Positions 59,689-64,000 of a stretch of DNA of 64,000 nt are shown here, one piece after another. The first letter of the stretch is position 1; each line of letters opens with the position of its first letter. Below the pieces are notes generated by a model, which ran no database searches, had not been told where the DNA came from, and worked only from the letters and a program-made list of their open reading frames with translations. Position numbers and translations under genes: made by a program. The stretch lies in the sequence record PV231354.1; one strand, given 5' to 3'.

Positions 59689-60108
59689 ATGGCTTACGTA
59701 ATTCCCGACCTGAGCACCTTCACCTTCACCGACCCGTCGGTGGAAAGCTTCGCCAGGGCCATGGTCTCGGCGATCGAGGCCAACCAAGCGATCATCGACG
59801 AGTTCGCCAAGAGCCTGATCGAGAGCCCGGTGCGCGCGCTGGAGCGCAGCCTGTCGGTCAAGCTGGCCGCCGTCCGTCAGAACGCGGCGAAGGAAGCCCT
59901 CGAACAGACCCTGGACACGCTCCTGCACGGGACCGACAAGACCTGGGCGGTGATCAAGCTGGAACTCCAGCAAGCGCTCCTGCATCTCGTGGTCTACCAC
60001 GCGTCGCGGTCGACGCGCTCGACCAACGCCGAGGCCAACGACATGGAGCGCTTCGACCTGCAAGCCAAGGCCGAGTTGCTCGACCGCGTCATGAAGGGCC
60101 GCTTCTAA
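59689..60108 (+). CDS. hypothetical protein
   Basis: Start moved to MAYVIP. Confidence 0.72.
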   Translation: MAYVIPDLSTFTFTDPSVESFARAMVSAIEANQAIIDEFAKSLIESPVRALERSLSVKLAAVRQNAAKEALEQTLDTLLHGTDKTWAVIKLELQQALLHLVVYHASRSTRSTNAEANDMERFDLQAKAELLDRVMKGRF

Positions 60109-60350
60109 TGCGCGGCGTCGAGGTCAACGAGAGCTATCAGACCGAGCAGCGCTCGTTTGATGGCCAACTCGCCGGCAAGTACGGCGCTGCCTCGGGCGGC
60201 CCGGACCTGACCCGTGAACAGTGGCAGGCGATGCAGCGGGCCGACCGCAAGCGCTTCGCCGGCTTCATCATGGGCGCCTTCGTGTTCATCTTCTGCCTGA
60301 CCTGGGTGATCAACGATCTGACCCACTTCGGCGCGGCCCTGCCCTTCTAA
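60108..60350 (+). CDS. Small membrane protein
   Basis: C-terminal transmembrane helix. Confidence 0.68.
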   Translation: MRGVEVNESYQTEQRSFDGQLAGKYGAASGGPDLTREQWQAMQRADRKRFAGFIMGAFVFIFCLTWVINDLTHFGAALPF

Positions 60351-60360
60351 GCGAGGACCC

Positions 60361-60666
60361 ATGACCCAGGCGCTGACCTTCGAAACCACGTCGTCCCGGC
60401 TCGCCGTCGAGGTCAGCAGGGACGACTTCCTGGCCCTGACCGTCGCCGAGGAAATCCTGGCCAAGGGCAACTACCTGTCGCCCCATCTCAGCGCCCGGCT
60501 GGAGAACATCAACGGCGTCTGGGAGGTCGAGTACAACGGCCACTTCGGGGCCTACATCCACCTGACCCTGGACACCGAGGACGACACGCCCGAGGTGCGC
60601 CAGCAGATCGCCGACATCATCACCGACCAACTGGCCAAGGCCAGGGTCTGGAAGCGGGAGCGCTAG
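60361..60666 (+). CDS. hypothetical protein
   Basis: GAGG RBS. Confidence 0.7.
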   Translation: MTQALTFETTSSRLAVEVSRDDFLALTVAEEILAKGNYLSPHLSARLENINGVWEVEYNGHFGAYIHLTLDTEDDTPEVRQQIADIITDQLAKARVWKRER

Positions 60667-60667
60667 G

Positions 60668-61051
60668 ATGCAGAGCCACGATCAGCGCCTCGCCGAGGCC
60701 CTCGCCATCACCACCCAGCGCCCGGCCTGGATCGAGAAGAAGGGTGATCGCTACCACGTCATCACCAAGGGCGTGCTGTTCCCCAACACGCGCAATGCCA
60801 TCCACAAGACCTGGAGCCGCCGCGCCGGCGCCCTGGCCTGCATCCAGCAGGACGGCTACACCCTCCTCGACGGCGACTGCCCGCTGCCGGAGGTGACCCA
60901 GGCCCAGCGCGACGCCTACCAGTTCCAGGGCGCCGAGCGGCGCGAGGCCGTCGAGATGCTGAGCCGCGAACTGGGCATCCACCAGGACGAAATCCGCCGC
61001 GCGTTGCGCAACCTCGAAGGCAAGGGCCTCATCCAGTTCGGCGGGCGCTGA
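60668..61051 (+). CDS. hypothetical protein with C-terminal winged HTH
   Basis: LSRELGIHQDEIRRALRNLEGKGLI. Confidence 0.7.
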   Translation: MQSHDQRLAEALAITTQRPAWIEKKGDRYHVITKGVLFPNTRNAIHKTWSRRAGALACIQQDGYTLLDGDCPLPEVTQAQRDAYQFQGAERREAVEMLSRELGIHQDEIRRALRNLEGKGLIQFGGR

Positions 61052-61058
61052 TAGCAGC

Positions 61059-61117
61059 TTGGCGTTTGTGTGTTGACAGGCCCAGTCCGGTTCTGTAGAC
61101 CTCTGCTCGACGACAAC
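61059..61117 (+). promoter_or_regulatory. Early promoter with upstream element and leader
   Basis: TTGGC-N6-GTG-TTGACA-N17-TAGACC, CGACGACAAC. Confidence 0.85.
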
Positions 61118-61129
61118 GAGGAGGCCCCC

Positions 61130-61336
61130 ATGCCGCATCTGAGCAAACAGTCCTACAGCTTCGACTACACCAGCGACGCCCTGGCGGCGGCCGGCGAGTT
61201 CGAGGCCCTGACGACCGAGTTCTATCGCTACGAGACGCGCTACCTCTACGACGCGGCGCGCGCGATCGTCGGCGTCGAGGTCCGCGTCATGGACGAGGAC
61301 GGCTTCTTCGTTGGCTACGTGGCGGGCGAGGCCTAA
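61130..61336 (+). CDS. hypothetical protein
   Basis: Start moved to MPHLSK (GAGGAGG RBS). Confidence 0.7.
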   Translation: MPHLSKQSYSFDYTSDALAAAGEFEALTTEFYRYETRYLYDAARAIVGVEVRVMDEDGFFVGYVAGEA

Positions 61337-61339
61337 GCC

Positions 61340-61735
61340 ATGATCAGCCACAACATCGATCCGCGCATCGGCGTCCTCAACTCGGGCGTCTACTATGCCT
61401 ACGTCAACGGCTATCACCAGCCCGAGACGCGCGGCACGCTCGAAGAGGTCGAGATCGCCCTGGGCGTTCGCAAGCCCAAGCCCGCGCCGGCTCCCCTGGT
61501 GGAAGTCCAGGGCCGGGGCGGTCGCGTCTCGGTGCAGTTCGGCACCATCAACGGCAAGCCCCTGACCCTGACGATCAGCGAGGCCGACAGCGTCTGCGCC
61601 GACGTCGAGTGCGGGCGCCACGGCTGCTCGCTGTCGCTGCTGGACGACTTCGGCACCATCGGCGAGGACGGCCCCAAGGTGTCCCAGAAGACCATCGACA
61701 AGATGATCGACTGGGCGCTGACGAAGGGCTGGTGA
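61340..61735 (+). CDS. hypothetical protein
   Basis: ORF in operon. Confidence 0.7.
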   Translation: MISHNIDPRIGVLNSGVYYAYVNGYHQPETRGTLEEVEIALGVRKPKPAPAPLVEVQGRGGRVSVQFGTINGKPLTLTISEADSVCADVECGRHGCSLSLLDDFGTIGEDGPKVSQKTIDKMIDWALTKGW

Positions 61736-61944
61736 TGAGCAGCACGCGCATCGCCGCCGAGGTCCTGGAGGCCATGAAGAGCACCAACGACCCGGCCCTC
61801 CAGGAGCGCCGCGTCGGCGCGGTCCTGGCCGAATATGCTGGCGATCCCGACACCTTCGATCTCGAAGGGCTGAGCCCGACGTCTCGGCGGATCGTCCACG
61901 AAACCACGCTGCACTGGCGGGCGCACCTGCGCCTCCGTGCATGA
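61735..61944 (+). CDS. hypothetical protein
   Basis: TGATG coupling. Confidence 0.62.
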   Translation: MSSTRIAAEVLEAMKSTNDPALQERRVGAVLAEYAGDPDTFDLEGLSPTSRRIVHETTLHWRAHLRLRA

Positions 61945-61970
61945 AATTTTAATCTGGAGAGGGCCTTAAG

Positions 61971-64000
61971 TTGCTGAATTTCCAACCGTTTAAGACGGCC
62001 GTCGCGGCGCAGTTCGCCAAGATGTCCAAGGGCCAACTCTACCGCGTCGAGGTCGACAAGGACCTCCTGTGGCAGACCTACCTCGCCGCCTTCCCGCCGG
62101 GCACGGACCCGATGTTCCGCGCGCGCACCGAGCACAACTGCTCGTGCTGCCGCGCCTTCGTGCGCCAGGGCGGCGACGTCGTGGCCATCGTCGACAACAA
62201 GATCGTCACCCTGTGGGACATCACCGTTCCGGGCGAGCCGGCCTACCAGCAGGTCGCCAACAGCCTCGCGGGCCTGATCCGCTCGCGGCCGATCGCCGAC
62301 GTCTTCCTGCACGACCAGAAGTCGATCGGCACCGACCGCAGCGTCGAGTCGCTGCTGGGCGGCGATGACGTGGTCTGGAACCACTTCTACTGCGACGTGC
62401 CCCAGCAGTTCGTCAAGAAGCGCACCGACATCCCCACGGCGCTGCACGGCCCGCGCATGGCGGCCGAGACGCTGCTGCGCGCGGTGACCGACATCAGCCG
62501 CGAGGCGGTCGAGACCGTGCTCGAACTGGTCGCCCAGAAGTCGGTCTACCGAATCGAGGAGCACAAGGCGACCGTCGAGGCCTTCCGGGCGATGCAGAAC
62601 AGCTTCGCCGGCAAGACGGGCCTGGACGCGACGCTGCACGCCTGGACCACGGCCACCAAGGGCGAGGTCTGGGGCTCGGTGATCGGCATCAAGAACACCG
62701 TGATCGGCTCGCTGCTGCTCGACCTGTCGGGCGACATGGAGATCGAGGACGCGGTCAAGAAGTACGAGACCAAGGTCGCGCCGCAGAACTACAAGCGCAC
62801 CTCGACGATCGCCACCAAGCGCCAGATCGAGGCCGCCAAGAAGACGCTGGAGGACCTGGGTCTGACCTCGGCCCTGGAGCGCCGCTATGCCGTCCTGACG
62901 GACGTGTCGATCAACGACGTCCTGTTCGCCGATCGCTCGGCCAAGGCGGCGCTGAGCGCGGACGTGTTCTCGGAGATGGCGGCCGAGGTGGGCGAGAAGA
63001 CCAAGTCGTTCGACAAGGTCGAGGAGGTCCCGATCGACCGCTTCCTGAGCGACATCCTGCCCAAGGTCACGTCGATCGAGGCCCTGGTCGAGAACCGTCT
63101 GGCGGGCAACTTCGTCAGCCTGATCGCGCCCAAGAACCCGACGGCCGGCAACCTCTTCAAGTGGGGCAACAACTTCTCCTGGTCCTATGCCGGCGAGGTC
63201 GCGGACTCCATCAAGCAGCGCGTCAAGGCCGCTGGCGGTAACGTCTCGGGCGACCTCTGCTGCCGCCTGGGCTGGTTCAACCACGACGACCTCGACTTCC
63301 ACATGTACGAGCCGGGCGGTGGTCACATCTTCTTCCGCGAGAAGGTCTCCGAGCGCACGCGTGGTCAACTCGACGTCGACATGAACGCCGGGCGCGGCAC
63401 CACGCGCTCGCCGGTCGAGAACATCTTCTATGGCGACCGCAAGCGGATGAAGGAGGGCGTCTACGAACTGAAGGTCCACCAGTTCGATAACCGCGACGCC
63501 TCGCGCGATCCGGGCTTCGAGGTCGAGATCGACTACCTGGGCGCGGTGACCAAGTTCGCCTACGCCAAGGCCCTGCGCTACCAGGAATACGTCACGGTCG
63601 CCAAGTTCGAGTACAGCCACGCCGGCGGGATCAAAATCCTGTCGTCGCTGCCGTCGTCCTCGGCGAGCAAGGACGTCTGGGGCGTGAAGACCGAGACCTT
63701 CCGCAAGGTCAACGTCGTCATGCTGTCGCCCAACTTCTGGGACGGCGAGCCGGGCGTCGGCAACAAGCACTTCTTCTTCATGCTGGAGGGCGGCATCAAC
63801 GAGGACGGCGCGCGCGGCTTCTACAACGAGTTCCTCAAGGACTCGCTGAGCCCGCACCGCCGCGTCTTCGAGATGCTGGGCTCCAAGCTGAAGCCCGCGC
63901 CGGCCGCCGAGCAACTCTCGGGCCTGGGCTTCTCGTCGTCCAAGCCTGACACCCTGACCGTCAAGGTCTCGGGCGCCTTCACCCGCGTTCTGAAAATCAA
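61971..64000 (+). CDS. Large conserved-type phage protein with YfaP/DUF2135-like domain (3' partial, not in ORF track)
   Basis: GGAGAGG RBS, TTG start, frame open to the window end (~676 codons): MLNFQPFK...HNCSCC...WFNHDDLDFH...GQLDVDMN...PVENIF...GNKHFFF. Confidence 0.8.
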   Translation, partial: MLNFQPFKTAVAAQFAKMSKGQLYRVEVDKDLLWQTYLAAFPPGTDPMFRARTEHNCSCCRAFVRQGGDVVAIVDNKIVTLWDITVPGEPAYQQVANSLAGLIRSRPIADVFLHDQKSIGTDRSVESLLGGDDVVWNHFYCDVPQQFVKKRTDIPTALHGPRMAAETLLRAVTDISREAVETVLELVAQKSVYRIEEHKATVEAFRAMQNSFAGKTGLDATLHAWTTATKGEVWGSVIGIKNTVIGSLLLDLSGDMEIEDAVKKYETKVAPQNYKRTSTIATKRQIEAAKKTLEDLGLTSALERRYAVLTDVSINDVLFADRSAKAALSADVFSEMAAEVGEKTKSFDKVEEVPIDRFLSDILPKVTSIEALVENRLAGNFVSLIAPKNPTAGNLFKWGNNFSWSYAGEVADSIKQRVKAAGGNVSGDLCCRLGWFNHDDLDFHMYEPGGGHIFFREKVSERTRGQLDVDMNAGRGTTRSPVENIFYGDRKRMKEGVYELKVHQFDNRDASRDPGFEVEIDYLGAVTKFAYAKALRYQEYVTVAKFEYSHAGGIKILSSLPSSSASKDVWGVKTETFRKVNVVMLSPNFWDGEPGVGNKHFFFMLEGGINEDGARGFYNEFLKDSLSPHRRVFEMLGSKLKPAPAAEQLSGLGFSSSKPDTLTVKVSGAFTRVLKI

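Noticed and set aside
61949-61993. Three TTAA sites as CtrA boxes
   Set aside because: Spacings are 13 and 20 nt, not the TTAA-N7-TTAA of a full site
1-64000. tRNA genes, CRISPR arrays, integrase/transposase, introns/inteins
   Set aside because: No T-loop/cloverleaf, regular repeat-spacer array or such domains were seen by eye; a tRNAscan/cmscan run would be definitive

Overview
GC-rich, densely packed early/accessory region of a large tailed phage of Caulobacter-like Alphaproteobacteria. The gene set resembles phiCbK-like phages (inferred from content, not from a database search). No structural genes, tRNAs or CRISPR arrays were seen. After a partial + strand YqeY gene, everything from ~0.4 to 42.6 kb is on the - strand and everything beyond ~42.7 kb is on the + strand. 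About 21 sigma70-type promoters (TTGACA-N17/18-TAGAAG-like) drive the region. Recognisable genes: ATP-dependent DNA ligase, SLOG, DUF1643, HslV/proteasome-beta-like protein, NAMPT plus NMNAT-Nudix (NAD salvage), Pth2, RelA/SpoT-type HD hydrolase, MazG-like protein, RtcB, SPFH lipoprotein, acyl carrier protein, two HNH nucleases, HAD nucleotidase, XRE regulator, GcrA homologue, a phospho-His swivel-domain protein and a PPP phosphatase. Highlights: (1) two 'motif-mosaic' proteins built only from signature motifs of core replication/packaging enzymes (an 83-aa mini-PolA palm, and a protein carrying terminase/helicase motifs in scrambled order), which are candidate decoys for anti-phage sensors; (2) a three-layer promoter code (CAACAC-N6-GCCAR element in either orientation, CGACGACAAC leader, anti-Shine-Dalgarno inverted repeats); (3) a ~200-nt multi-hairpin RNA with alternative pairings between an Arg-rich gene and a terminator. 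Many start coordinates were moved from the ORF track to RBS-supported or translationally coupled starts.
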